Part shown: piece by piece, positions 12,601 to 25,889 of the stretch
Position numbering within the stretch: position 1 is the first letter of the stretch
How the letters are laid out: each line of letters starts with the position of its first letter
Assembly: GCF_000150275.1 (NCBI RefSeq)
Contig: NW_002060948.1
Location: 372,001 to 436,000, forward strand
From: Trichoplax adhaerens
Lineage: Eukaryota; Animalia; Placozoa
DNA length: 64,000 nucleotides
Direction: 5' to 3'
Position numbers and translations under genes: made by a program
The notes under the pieces: model-generated
What the model was told of the DNA's origin: nothing
What the model saw: the letters and a program-made list of their open reading frames with translations, nothing else
The model's database searches: none

Positions 12601-15600
12601 GGAGACTCAACGCTTCTTCCTGTATAAATTAAGATTTAGGTAATATGTTAGTAAATAAAGCTGGGAATAGAATAATTAACGAGAAATCCATTAACAAACG
12701 TTTTGAGTATTAAAATGATATATACCGTCACAGTATCCTCGGTAGTTTTGTAAAATTCAGTCAACCATTTCTTAGCACAGTCAGAGATTACATCTACTAC
12801 TCCAATAACTTTATTCCATTCAATTGTTGACTGCGACACATTACGTTCAAGAGTTTTTATCTGGTCTACCTTTAGACTGGCTAGTCTCACAAATTTTTCA
12901 ACGAGTCTTAGCAGCTCTGACAGAAGGAGCTGATCAATTTGAGAGCTATTAACCAACTGGCAAGGAAACAGCGTTACCCGATAGAGTGATTGAACTTTGT
13001 CCATAATGATACTAAAATAGTCACTGCAACAGAAGAGAACTTTGTTAATTTATTAGGTAGTTTCTACAAATTCGTAGGTTTAAAACTACTCTTCGATAAG
13101 CATAGAGATACGTACTCAAAGGAATTGGAAGCTATTCCATACTGTAAACATACAGTCCACGTCTTTAAACTCTCTTTAAATAACTTGCAAGCGCGCTCGC
13201 TCGGCAATTGTAAAAAAGTGGGAGATGTTGCGACGAAGCGCACAATGCGTGCAATTAAATCAAATTGAGTGACCTGAGTAATTAATAAATGTGCATTAAG
13301 TTCACCATCACAAAAATTTAAGAAATAACCCATCACTAAGTAATAGATTAGCTACTATCTATGACATATTTGAATTAATACCAATGTCGAAGTGATGTTT
13401 CGTCCTGCGGTACACAAAATTCTGACTAATTTCATTGCCTCCCATAATGGATAGCCGTGTAACTGCGATACGGAATCATCAGATTCTAGTTCTTTCCATG
13501 ACATCGGTAAGAAATTGTCTATGATACATTTCATTAAACCCGGTTCACGTAGTACCTATTTAAATGAGAAGACTTGAAATAAATATTTCAAAGGTCGTAA
13601 AGGAAGGTGATAAGTCAGGCATTTGATGGATTTTATAATTAGCCGTACATTATCTGCGAGTTGCAGTGAGTGACGGCCTATCTTCCATAGAATCTGTAAA
13701 CAGCTGATAACTTCATTAGCACCGATTTGACAAGTCGAAAGTACATATCTTGCTCTTGGAAGAAAATCCATCCGTACTAAGCCCTAGTTATCATCATAAA
13801 GTGGTGAATTAAGGTATAATTTACTTAGACTAAGTTAGACTAGAAAATTGTAAATTTTAGAAGTAACACTTACCGAAATTACGTCATTATATACAAGGTC
13901 AGCATCGGTAATCTGAGATTTTTCGTTTTCTTTTAAATCTGTAATACCAACAGCTGGTTCAAAAGCTGGAACTTCGTACCCTCGATAGAAGGATGATATT
14001 CTGTCTAGACAATGCTAAAATAATTTATTTCATTTGCATTAAATTACAGAGGTATTTGAATACAAATACACAAAAATATCAAAGCACTCAACCTCGTCTT
14101 CTTCTTTGACCACTAGAGCCCTTATAGCGTGTAATGAAGAGCTAATAACAGCTAAGGTGTTATCATCAAAACTCCATCGTAACAGAAAAAGGACTCCAGC
14201 ATCAAGTAGATTAGGGATTATTGGTTCTGATTTGCCACGGTATTCATCTCTGTGATCCTAATACAAAATAACTGATACGTTACAATTATTCTTTATCGTG
14301 TGTTTGATGTCAATCTTCTGATAGAAAAGAACTACCTTGTCAAAAATATGAGCTAAAGTTGTCAGTCCTATAACTTTTTGTTGAGCAAGGCTACTACGAG
14401 TTAAAATAAATAGTTCTTCAATTGTATAACCAGCAGCATCAGGTTCCAGGCCGTGGTGATGTAAACCAACATGCATTGGTACATTGCTGTCTCTAGCGAT
14501 TAATTCTCCTTCAAAACCAAATCTAGCACTCTCTCCATCTTCTAGGGTACCTTTCACCTTATCTTTTGTTTGTGCAAGCATCCACTGTAACTTTTCCTTT
14601 TCCACACGTTCGGTATGAACACAATTATCATGAATATGTAAATGTTCTTCTAATTAATATAAAATCAACATTAATTAATTAAGATCATGACCAGAACATA
14701 TCCATACTGTGCACAGAAGTAATACTGGTTATACCATTATCAAGTTCAACATCCATATCATGGCAAGTATCATCGTTCTTTGATTTGTTATCTATATCCA
14801 TCGATTCTACTACTACCGTCCTATTCGTAGTAATATTTTTATTAGGCCTTTTCTTTAATAGTTCAACAAGTTTCGGATCTAAAAATTGCAATCAATACCC
14901 ATTAAAATGTAAACGATGCAATCTTTTTATTATACATTCTGTTAAATCTTATTTTAAATAGCTTTTACCCATTGACGTCATTAATTTCGATTGCTCTGCA
15001 AGAATATCATCTTTGGTCATGGCTGACATCTTGTGTAAATTATCTTCGTGAATTCTTTTAACTTCAGCTTGTACATCAATGGCTTCATTGCTTTGTAGAC
15101 CTTCCCCAGTAATTAATTTACTAATTGCTGCTATTGGAGTGTCAGTTTTAGAACTTGCAACTACCGTTACTTTTATCGTATCATCATCAACTCCGACTGC
15201 CTTGGTAGTTGAAGCCATAAATTGTCTAGCAAATAAGCTACCCCCGGCCTTTGCATCGCTACTAGGCTAGTAATTGTAGGTATGCAGATATTCGTAAGAT
15301 ATCAAGAGTCGATAGTAATACGATGCAGTATCTATCAATAATTCTACATTGAAGTAGTTTTAGAAGATAAAATCTAATACTATATTTCAATTCATTAAAT
15401 TAATTCTTAGTATGTAGTATGATACCTTTCTTTCATTTGCGAAAGTACGCGTATGTCGATGCAATACAGAAGGAAACGCTTGGTTACTTTGATTCGGAAG
15501 CTTTATAGGGATACTAGTAGTATCTTTTTCCTATAGTGAAGTAATACCGTAGATTTACTTAATCATATAGAAATTCATGCGGATTAATTAACAGATAGAT

Positions 15601-16931
15601 TGTCATTCTTAGAATTTGCATACCTTGATAGCATCCGTAAATGCAGTAGTAAAATGATGTTTCTTGTCATAGTCTGATAATAAATACAACAAAACGTAAC
15701 ATTAATAAATACTAACAGAAATTAATCCTCGAGAAAAATAAAGTAGGAGTTTGATTAATCAATTCGCAATTTTCACCATCTAATCGACGATCAGGGTCAA
15801 TATTATCTTCGTTCTATAATTGTATAGTGAAAGCATGTCAATAACAAGTTCGATCAAGTAGCTACGATATAAAATAAGAAAACTGATAAATCATTTCATG
15901 TTTTATAGTGAGTAGTACACCTAGCTATGCACACTAATTATAATAGTTAATGATCCAAGTCTCCAGTGTGAATTACTCCCGTAGGCTCACAGTATACTGT
16001 ATACAGTATGTATTTAAATACAGTAGTTCCACTATACTGCATGTATATCAAGGCCATCATATGTATTTTATCATTGAAAGAAAAATTACAATTCAGTATG
16101 CTAACAGTCGAAGTACTTTATGCCATAATATTGCTTCAAAAATTTCAAATGACCTACCTTATTTTTACGTTTTCCAGCTACAAATTTACTTTCCCTTATA
16201 GGAAAAGTCGAAGGACCTAATAGAAGGAATTTATTACGAGAAACAATATAGTAAGTAGGTTGGATTAGTTAAGAGCAAAACTGAAATACTCATAGTCTCA
16301 ATAGGAGGTTTAAGATCGATTTAGGACCTTTAATGATATCGGTTATAGCAAAATGCATCGACGGCCAACGTGCAATATTTTAGCTTGATATAAGAGGTAA
16401 TAGCAATAAACTGTTAGAACTGCACCCGCTCATCAGTATTTATTGCATGCCATAATTTGAATTGGGGTTCAAGTAATATACAGCTACTCAGTTCATCACT
16501 GACATTACTTATACCTCTTTCCTATCTTACTAATTGTAAATTATTATTTAGAACGTAAGGTATCATTAATAGCAACTCCCGCAGTGACTGCAGTTGTTGA
16601 ATAGTATAGAAATACATATTAATTACAACGCCATTTATAGCATAAATTCCACATACTCAATTATATTAGTACAACTATCTCACAAAGAGTAAAACTGCAA
16701 CGTTATGTGCCTACGAGTAATCTATCCTAGAGTGAGAAGCTAACCGGAAATATCGCCCTGTGCTGAATGATCTGGAGGTGTGGAGAATAGCTGGACAACA
16801 TCTCGTTGCGCTGATTGCGATTCTGATTGCTTGACGACTTTTACAGACGATGCTGATTGATTTCGTAAGAAAGTCTCTTGATATTTAAGAAGATCTTCTT
16901 CAGTTTCATCCTTATTTGGCCTCTTTAGCAT
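9639..16931 (-). CDS. RPAP1: RNA polymerase II-associated protein 1 (multi-exon)
   Basis: N-terminus MLKRPNKDETEEDLLKYQETFL. Conserved blocks IHEDNLHKMSAM..DPKLV, ARFGFEG..GLHHHGLEPDAAGYTIEELFILTRSS, DWMFLPLI, WSPILYVVAVHHVSHFIF. Introns examined were GT-AG; stop TGA at 9641-9639. Confidence 0.93.
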
Positions 16932-18718
16932 GATTCTGTCTACAACGATTAACACTTTGAAAATTATAACTTGTCAATAGGGATTGCTGCAGTGATATCG
17001 ACGAAATCAAGATCAGAACTAGACCATGAACTCCAGGATATAATTACTGTAGTAGTGTATGACTAGGACATTATTTCTATAGTAATAGGAAGCTTTTACT
17101 TAATATATCGTGCTACAATATAGCAATTATACTATACTACCAGACAGTATACTATGTACATTGTACAGGTCCAAAAGCGAGCCGTCTGCGGGTCCGCATG
17201 TCTGTATACGTACAGCAGGCTAGCTTTCAGGATTTTTTGCAGCTGGAGAACTTCTCCATAGCAGCATAAATCAACGGGAAATGAAAAGACGTTTATTCTT
17301 CTATTAGTGAAAAATAGTCTCCATTGAGTTTTTCTGTAGAAATTTGCAATTGTAGGCTGCATAATGACATTAGATGTTATGATGTATGCTTCATATCAAC
17401 CTTCAGTAGCTGGAGTGTAAGCCCCTAATTTGAGATAAAGATTTTGAGGCTTTTCTTTTTTCCCATGATCTTTTGAATAGAATGCTGTACTGCAAGTTAC
17501 TGTTTACAACCATGATGTCTATGTAAGTACAATACTGTAGGCTATCAATTGTACTTACTGTTGGAAGATTGAAATCGAATATCGTATGCGATACTACCCT
17601 TGATAGCTAGCGAACCAGCCAAACTTGAAATTCCACCAAGCCTAAAGGCTTGGCTTTGCTATCTATTGACAGCTTTTGCAGCAATTAGCTGACCTCGAGC
17701 TACCGATCATGCTAACTTAGTATGCAAAGATTACCTGGCTACATTAGTAGTGTTTCCTTATTTAGTTAAAAGTACACTAGAGAAAGACTTCAATAAGACC
17801 AATACAACATGTCGTAGCTTATCAGCAATAATGTGCATTAGAATGATAACTAAAGCAATTACACTCTACATTGTATATCGCACTAGGGAGTTTATAACTC
17901 GGTCTTGTTTTACTGCAGTTGTCCCTTATATTATAATATCAGTAAATTTAGGCTCATGACTGCGAATACAATAGTGGAATCTATCTAGAGTACGGTGTAG
18001 TAATAGCTAAAATAAATAATTAATAAGATAGTTATTTTATGGTAGCGATTGCAACTTACAAAGAGCGTAGGTTTTGACCCTTGAGACAAAACTACAGTAG
18101 AGTACTGCACTGTTTTGGATATTGTGCATATTGCAATCTCTACAAGCAAGAATAAAACCGTTTAAAACAGTGGAATCAACGTCAGAAATGTCTCATTATC
18201 TGGGAATAGTATTCATTGCAGTCTAAGCTATCTTTCCATATTAAATAAATAAACAAAATTGTGCAATGATCGTCACGTAATATAGAAATAACAAATCTGA
18301 AGATGGCTGGATCAATTTCTTAAAATCAAGCTGAAAGACAGAACTGAAGTGTAATAATTTCAAGACGAGAAGGATATGATTTATTTTGAGTAGACAAAAA
18401 TTAAAAATTATCCGTTATGGAAGCTATAAAAAAGCAGAAATTTTTCTTGTTTTATACAGATGTTGCAGTACATCTCATTTGTTCAGCTTCAAGGCATGAT
18501 AAAGTACACAATAAGTCAGTTTTAAAATTCTGAGAGATACCATGTTCCAGATACAATATTCCTGTTCAGAATTGAAGTCGAGATCATACTGTAGGTACTG
18601 TACTACAATATAAATTAATTATAATGTAAGACAATACGACGTATGCTTTTTAGTTCGCTGTTGTAACTAATAGGGTAACTAATAGAGAACGAATATACGA
18701 TAGTATCAGAAAATGAGA

Positions 18719-19198
18719 CTATTGACGCTTTTTGGATTGGTCACGCCATAATGAGAAAGAAACATAAGAACAGTACAGAGCCCAAAGAAGACCTATAGAC
18801 GAGAGCTGGCCGGCAGTACGATTGATATGTGCGAAAAGGGAATGATAGGTCGCGGCAAAAGCAGTTCCAGCTAGGCTGTCCACTGTCGCTAGGCCTAGAC
18901 TCCTTGTCCGGAAGACAATAATAGGCCATATTGCAATAGAAACTAAAGAGCCACCATAAGCCATTAAAGCACGCGTAGCATCTTCATCTCCATCTCTCCA
19001 AACAAGGTAAGATGAATATCCAACGGCAACATTAACCGAAGCCCACAAGGGGCTAAACATCCATCGTGGAGGATAGAGGAATGGTCTCTTCAAGCTAGTG
19101 TACCACTCTGCTTCGACATCCTCTTTCCTTGGTTTAGTTATAGACATAACCACAAAGGGAGTTGCCACTGCAATAGTGATTTCCATCCACGGTTGCAT
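18719..19198 (-). CDS. TSPO: TspO/MBR family translocator protein, intronless CDS, 159 aa
   Basis: WYTSLKRPFLYPPRWMFSPLW, GYSSYLVWRDG, WPIIVF and C-terminal LWRD match the TSPO family; five hydrophobic segments. Confidence 0.92.
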   Translation of the reverse strand: MQPWMEITIAVATPFVVMSITKPRKEDVEAEWYTSLKRPFLYPPRWMFSPLWASVNVAVGYSSYLVWRDGDEDATRALMAYGGSLVSIAIWPIIVFRTRSLGLATVDSLAGTAFAATYHSLFAHINRTAGQLSSIGLLWALYCSYVSFSLWRDQSKKRQ

Positions 19199-19571
19199 GA
19201 TTATTTCCTTGAATAAGAATTTCTCGTCAAATATCCTCTAATTATTGTGATAATAATTGATCAGAAATATGCAGCTGTTTGCTCAAGATGCTCGCTTGGT
19301 CGTTAATATTGTTAGCCGATCAAAGTAATAAACAAAATTCTGCTGGACCAGAGTCTATAATACAACTCCCTGGCAGTATTTGTACATGTACTATCGACTA
19401 TGCTCTATTAAGTCAGTACAGTAAAGTATAGTATTGAATGGTTAGTAGTACACTATCGCTATGCTGTATTGTAGTTCAACCACATGAGTCAACATCGATC
19501 AGTTATGGCATCATGTTTAACCCAGGTAAATGTTTACACATGGACAACTAGAACTACAGTGCAGTATGTGC

Positions 19572-19611
19572 CATGGACTACTAGAAGAAGCCTCTACGGT
19601 AGTAGTCCATG
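19572..19611. other. Hairpin with 12-bp perfect inverted repeat (CATGGACTACTA ... TAGTAGTCCATG)
   Basis: Arms 19572-19583 and 19600-19611, 16-nt spacer. Confidence 0.7.
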
Positions 19612-19715
19612 AATATACAGTACAATGTACATTGGACGTCCATGTAGTCTCCCACTGAGCAAACTAGAGAGATAATTAATCAATCCACTATGTTAACTCT
19701 ATGGTGCTGACACAC

Positions 19716-20985
19716 AGACGAAATCCAATCAATCAACTATCATTTTTGCATGTGGAGGAGGGTTTAGTAATCTCTGTAGGAAGCTACTGCAATCTTATTT
19801 TACCATAGCACAGTAACAGCAGCCAGTGATAGACGAAATCAAATCAATCAACTATCATTTTTGCATATAGAGGAGGGTTTAGTAATCTCTGTAGGAAGCT
19901 ACTGCAATCTTATTTTACCATAGCACAGTAACAGCAGCCAGTGATAGACGAAATCAAGTCAATCAACTATTATTTTTGCATATGGAGGAGGGTTTAGTAG
20001 TCTCTGTAGGAAGCTGCTGCAATCTTATTTTACCATAGCACAGTAACAGCAGCCAGTGATAGACGAAATCAAATCAGTTAACTATCATTTTTGCATATGG
20101 AGGAGGGTTTAGTAGTCTCTGTAGGAAGCTACCGCAGTAGTACTAGTAGTCTCTGTAGGAAGCTACTGCAATCTTATTTCATCATAGCACAGTAACAGCA
20201 GCCAGTGATAGACGAAATTAAATCAATCAGCTATCATTTTTGTATATGGAGGAGGGTTTAGTAGTCTCTGTAGGAAGCTACTGCAGTAGTACTAATAATC
20301 TCTGTAGTAAGCTACTGCAATCTTATTTCACCATAGCACAGTAACAGCAGCCAGTGATAGACGAAATCAAATCAATCAACTATCATTTTTGTATATGGAG
20401 GAGGGTTTAGTAGTCTCTGCAGGAAGCTACTGCAGTAGTACTAGTAATCTCTGTAGTAAGCTACTGCAATCTTATTTCACCATAGCACAGTAACAGCAGC
20501 CGGTGATAGACGAAATCAAATCAATCAACTATCATTTTTGTATATGGAGGAGGGTTTAGTAGTCTCTGCAGGAAGCTACTGCAGTAGTACTAGTAATCTC
20601 TGTAGTAAGCTACTGCAATCTTATTTCACCATAGTACAGTAACAGCAGCCAGTGATAGACGAAATCAAATCAATCAACTATCATTTTTGTATATGCAGGA
20701 GGGTTTAGTAGTCTCTGCAGGAAGCTGCTGCAATCTTATTTCACCATAGCACAGTAACAGCAGCCAGTGATAGACGAAATCAAGTCAATCAACTATCATT
20801 TTTGCATATGGAGGAAGGTTTAGTAGTCTCTGCAGGAAGCTACTGCAATCTTATTTCACCATAGCACAGTAACAGCAGCCAGTGATAGACGAAATTAAGT
20901 CAATCAACTATCATTTTTGCATATGGAGGAGGGTTTAGTAGTCTCTGCAGGAAGCTACTGCAATCTTATTTTACCATAGCACAGT
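19716..20985. repeat. Tandem array of 10 units: 115 x3, 149 x4, 115 x2, then a partial unit
   Basis: Unit starts (AGACGAAAT) at 19716, 19831, 19946, 20061, 20210, 20359, 20508, 20657, 20772, 20887. The 149-bp units carry an extra 34 bp duplicating TAGT(A)xTCTCTGTAG.AAGCTACTGCA. Confidence 0.97.
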
Positions 20986-21818
20986 TCCGCAGCTAGTGTT
21001 GGCTGGCGGTAGGTTATCACCGCGGTTAAATAACTTCAAAATTCAGCCCAAAAGTACAATTGAATTCAAATAGTTGTAACCCAGGTCAATCAACCACGCA
21101 TCACCTAGAACCAAGACGGACAGACAGGACAGCAGCTGCTATGTAGGGCAAAAACAACACGTCGTGTGTTCCATTCAATTGATGGAGTTTGACCGGATGA
21201 GTTATGGTGTTAACGGACAACCGGACAGCACAGAAGTACAATAGGACGTATTGTACTTTGACCGGTTAGAGGAGGTACAAGTTGCGTACGCCTGCGGGTG
21301 TTCACCCGACACCACAGTTACCGTCATGTACGACTGGACGTATCATACTCTACTGTACAGTAACGATCCGTTTCCGGCGACAGTTACGGTAGGCGGTTCA
21401 TTGTGACATTATTTCTGATAGCCAAGAGGCAGTATGCAATCAGTAGTCACCCACATTCATCTTATCATGGACAAGCATAGTCTATAGTGCAACGACAATA
21501 TCATCAGCAAAATGCAAAATGACTAGCAAAATTGATGTCACTAGTCCATACTGGCTGCAAGGATGACATCATTTTGGGAACTTTATAGAGCACTTGAATC
21601 GTCTGCCGTCAGCTACACACTCAGACTCAGCCGCCGGTCCCGGTCACTCCAAAACGTCAAAGCAGTGAAAGTGAACTCATTGCTCGCCAGTCCTTGCAAA
21701 ATTCATTGAAATTGTCCATTTTAGGTTGGGATTTCTTTGAAAAGTTGAAGAGAAAAAAAAGGAGAAATTAGTTATTCGCTATTTGCTGCTTAGGACATTA
21801 TTGAAAGGAAATTCAAGT

Positions 21819-24800
21819 ATGGCAGAACATCAGCAAGAGACAACAACCGGTATCCAAACCGACGATATCGACCACGGCAATGGTCAATTGGAGGAAAACT
21901 ACCGGGCCGTAACACAGGAAGATCCCAGTGAAAGTCATGCTGTCGAACCAACGGAAAGTGAAAATTTAATCGATATATCGCCATCATTCCAAGATGCTAA
22001 TACTATAGAAGGTACAAACCACGCTCAAAGCCAATTTAATGACGGAGAAGAGAGACCTCTTACTGCATCGGATATTACACTGCAAACAGATAATCAAGAA
22101 ATGCAATCACAACCAACGGAAACCATCAAAGATTCACTAGATCAACTTTTACTCCAGACTCAAGATAACCTTGAGGAGATCACGGATAATGAACAAGGTT
22201 TTAAAACCTAGACTTGTAGATTACAGCCATCAATTACTACTCTCAATAATATTGAAAGAGATAACATTCTATATGATTTTTATTGCTTACAAAAGTACTT
22301 CTAGAGTTGTAGTCTTGTAGGCTTTGACAAACATCGCAACAACATCTTGTATACATCCTTTTTTTTCCTCTGGAAAAAAAAATTACTGTATTACAGGGAG
22401 TTGCAAGTCATGACAGTACAGTATTCAAATAGACTGTAAAACAACCATAACGAAGCATGAACAAACCGATACAACTCTGTAATCAACAGTATTATAAATC
22501 GATGTACAAGTATTTCCACCATGTTGAATCTAATTATTTTTTGAATTATTTCTAATATCAGAAAAGCAAGCAAAAATTGTCGTCTGGTTGAAGAATTTAG
22601 ATCCTCGTTGTGAGTATAAAAGAAAATACAATAATAATATAATAATATAATAATAATAGTACCTCGTATTCCACCATTCAAGAACCGTTTTTATTTTCAA
22701 GATAAAGTAATTCTCAAATGCTTGCACAATATCGGCTGTCATGGTTAAGACTTGAGAGTGTCATCTCAACAAGAATAACTTATTCAAAGAGTAATACGTA
22801 TGCAATACTTTACGAACTACTTACTGACAATACAGCTCAATCAGTGCAACTTAACTTGATCGACATCGATCTTTGAGTCATCAACTATTAAAATCATGAT
22901 GTAGTTATAATATAGAAGTCATGTCCTTAGTTAAAAATCAACCATCGCTGCAGTCTAACATACTGTAAACGCCTACAGTATATTAAGATTTCCTATATCA
23001 CTGATAAACATCTCCATTAACAAATGTTATTTATACGCAACATTTATACTTTACTGTAACTGACTGTAAGAACAATGTAACTGGAATTGTCTTGAGCTAT
23101 AATAGAAATTCAGGAGTAAACATCAACCCAATTGTTCTGATGTTTCGCTATTGACAACTTTCCCTCTAGGTTATTCCCTATAGTCAATTCATATAATACA
23201 GTACTTGAGCTAGAAATCTAGAGTGACCAATCAAGATGTTGACCCTTTTGATATTGTACTGTACTACGTAAAAACATCCACGAATTTATCAGTTGCAAAA
23301 CTTGAATCATCGACTTAGTGGTAATCACTCCAGATGATATTGCATTATATCTTGAACAATATCTACATGTAATGTATGATAGCCTGATTTTTACCGATCA
23401 TAGTATTCAGTAAATTGCCACCAAAGTACAAAATTATGCTACTAAATTTCAACCGTTGCCTATTTGATTTTGAGTCAACTCATTTCTGCATTTATAATGT
23501 TTAAATTGACTTTGAAATTACTGCGGCTATATATTGTTTAGAAAAGAAATTAAAGACTGCTATAGTACAAGCCTTCCTTGAGGTTATACCTAACAGTGAA
23601 ATAGCTATACGCACGACTGTGATTGATTCTGTTCTACGCAAACGAGGAATAAAAATTGATACCAATAGAATGCCAACGTAATAATGATCACTCTTTTATC
23701 AGTGTTTATCATATTTTGTCTGGTTTGTTCACGTATAAGTATAATAATCTGATCATTATCACTGATCAGAGCTTTTCGTTGTAAAATAGTATGCTAATTT
23801 TTATCATTTTTTCGTCTCTGTGTTAGTAATTGTGTTAACTAACTTTCAGTATTGATAATAATTAAAAGTTGTAACTTACCCTTAAACTGTAGTCTACTCG
23901 TAAATTTATAGTTTAGCCCCCCTATTCAACGAAAGTGGATTACATACTTTACGAGTATAGATTGAGCTAGATTGCATCATGATAATCATCAACTTAATAA
24001 TTCTAGTAATCATACAATACACTACTGCGCAAATTGAGCTAGATCATATCATGAAAAATGGCCAACGCAATAATTCTAGTAACCATAAAATGAAGAATCC
24101 ATCATATCTAGTGTTATCCTACCTGCTATATCAACGAATCATGCAATATGAAACTTCTTTTTGAACGTAATTTGACAATTACACAGCTATCATACTCGAT
24201 AAATTGGCGATGCCGTTACTTTGAGATAGTCTTGATAGTAACTGTAAATTGTATAGAGAAATTTATGTAATCCTACGTTATAAAATTTGGCTATATGCGC
24301 CTATTGTCATAACTACTAAGCAATCCTTATACTATACTATATACTGTATCGTATATTTATATTATACGAGGTATTCTATCTACTGTTATTGCAACTGCTG
24401 CACTGCACATAATACTAATTATATTTGTTAATGTTAGCAATTTTTCTTTCACATATATAGTCGTAAAATTGATTTATTGGCAAGACTGGAAAGAAACTGG
24501 CGTTGTTTTCGCTTCAACGTTGATACTTTTGCTTACCCTCAAATTTAATTCATTGCTTAGCGTATTAGCCTTCTTTGGAATGGCAACATTATTGGTGACT
24601 TTTGCATGCCGTGTTTTTAATACTTTAATGCAAGTTCTTCATAAGAAACAAACGGAAAATCCATTCCAGTAAGTACTTCGATGTATTATGTATTAAAATA
24701 AGCTCAGGTCGTTTTGACCATCTATACAATATCATAACTAGATTTTTAAATCATTTTTTGCTAACTGTTACTGGAGTTGTGTAATTTTTTATTATTTCAT

Positions 24801-25889
24801 AATTTTCAGAAATTTGTTAGACAAAGAAATTAAAATACCAAGGGAGTTCGTTAGTATCTTTGCATAACATTTTATCTCTATATTAAAATGATGGTTGCAC
24901 CATGATAGTGATGAATAATCAGGATAAGACTAATTTCTACTGTAAAATTGATGTTGCAATGTATCTGTAATATATTGTTGCCTTTTAATTTAAAAATTCG
25001 TCTAAACTTTTATCGAAAACAAGCTCTGGAATGAAAAATTTTTGATAATTAACTAGTTATATATATATTTTAAATTTAGCTTTTGGACATCGTTGATAAA
25101 GTTCTACAAAGATTAACTCCAATTGCTGAATATTTACGCAATTTATTTTTAGTTGTTGATATCGTTGAATCGTTGCAGGTGATTATTTTAAAAAATTACA
25201 AAATTAAATATTTTTAGCCAATAAGTTACATTATTACTAAAACATTGATTTCATTATAAATAGCAAATATGTACTAGTTCCCTTCAAATTTTAGCAATCA
25301 ATTTTAACTGCTACTTTATTACTTTTTTAGTTTGGTATCAGTTTATGGTTGCTCTCTTGCATTGGTAGCTGGTTTAGTGATTTGACTATAGTCATCATCG
25401 GTACAGTAACCAAAACATGTTTACATAAAATTTATTGGCGCCATAATTGTCAATTGATTTCCATTTTTAATAAATTAATTTCTCCAATTTAATTTCACGC
25501 TATTATTCAATATTACTTTACACAGCGGTCACTCTCTTATTTACTGCTCCTGTAATTTACGAAAATAATCAGGTATGAATGACCCACCTATTGCAACATT
25601 AGTTAACATTATAGCATCAACATTAAAACGAAGCTGAACTAACATTACTATATCAAATATTTATCAGGCTCAGATTGATATATATATCAATTTGGCTAAA
25701 ACAGAAATCAACAACGTTATGGCACAGTAAGTTATATTTAATACTTGGCCCTAGCCAATTTATCCATTAGTTTCTTTTCTATTGAGATATTTAAAATGAA
25801 ATTATATTATGTGCATTTCTTTGATTGAATCTACTAGGGTGGATGGACTTATTCCTGGTCGCAATAAATCTAAAGATAAAGAAGATTAA
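21819..25889 (+). CDS. RTN: Reticulon (acidic N-terminal exon plus reticulon homology domain), ~317 aa
   Basis: Exons 21819-22197, 24461-24668, 24810-24849, 25080-25178, 25331-25400, 25526-25572, 25668-25726, 25838-25889. Motifs VVKLIYWQDWKETGVVF, ENPFQ, LRNLFLV.DIVESL, LFTAPVIYE.NQAQID, IPG...KDKED*. Confidence 0.93.
23961..24088. repeat. Two diverged ~72-bp direct repeats in reticulon intron 1
   Basis: ATTGAGCTAGAT...ATCATGA.AA...AATAATTCTAGTAA.CATA at 23961 and 24033. Confidence 0.7.

Noticed and set aside
17132-17362. 76-aa ORF between RPAP1 and TSPO
   Set aside because: No recognisable homology; likely a chance ORF in RPAP1 upstream DNA.
19716-20985. CRISPR-like appearance of the tandem arrays (also 43088-45690)
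   Set aside because: Units repeat along their whole length with no unique spacers; eukaryotic context; no cas genes.
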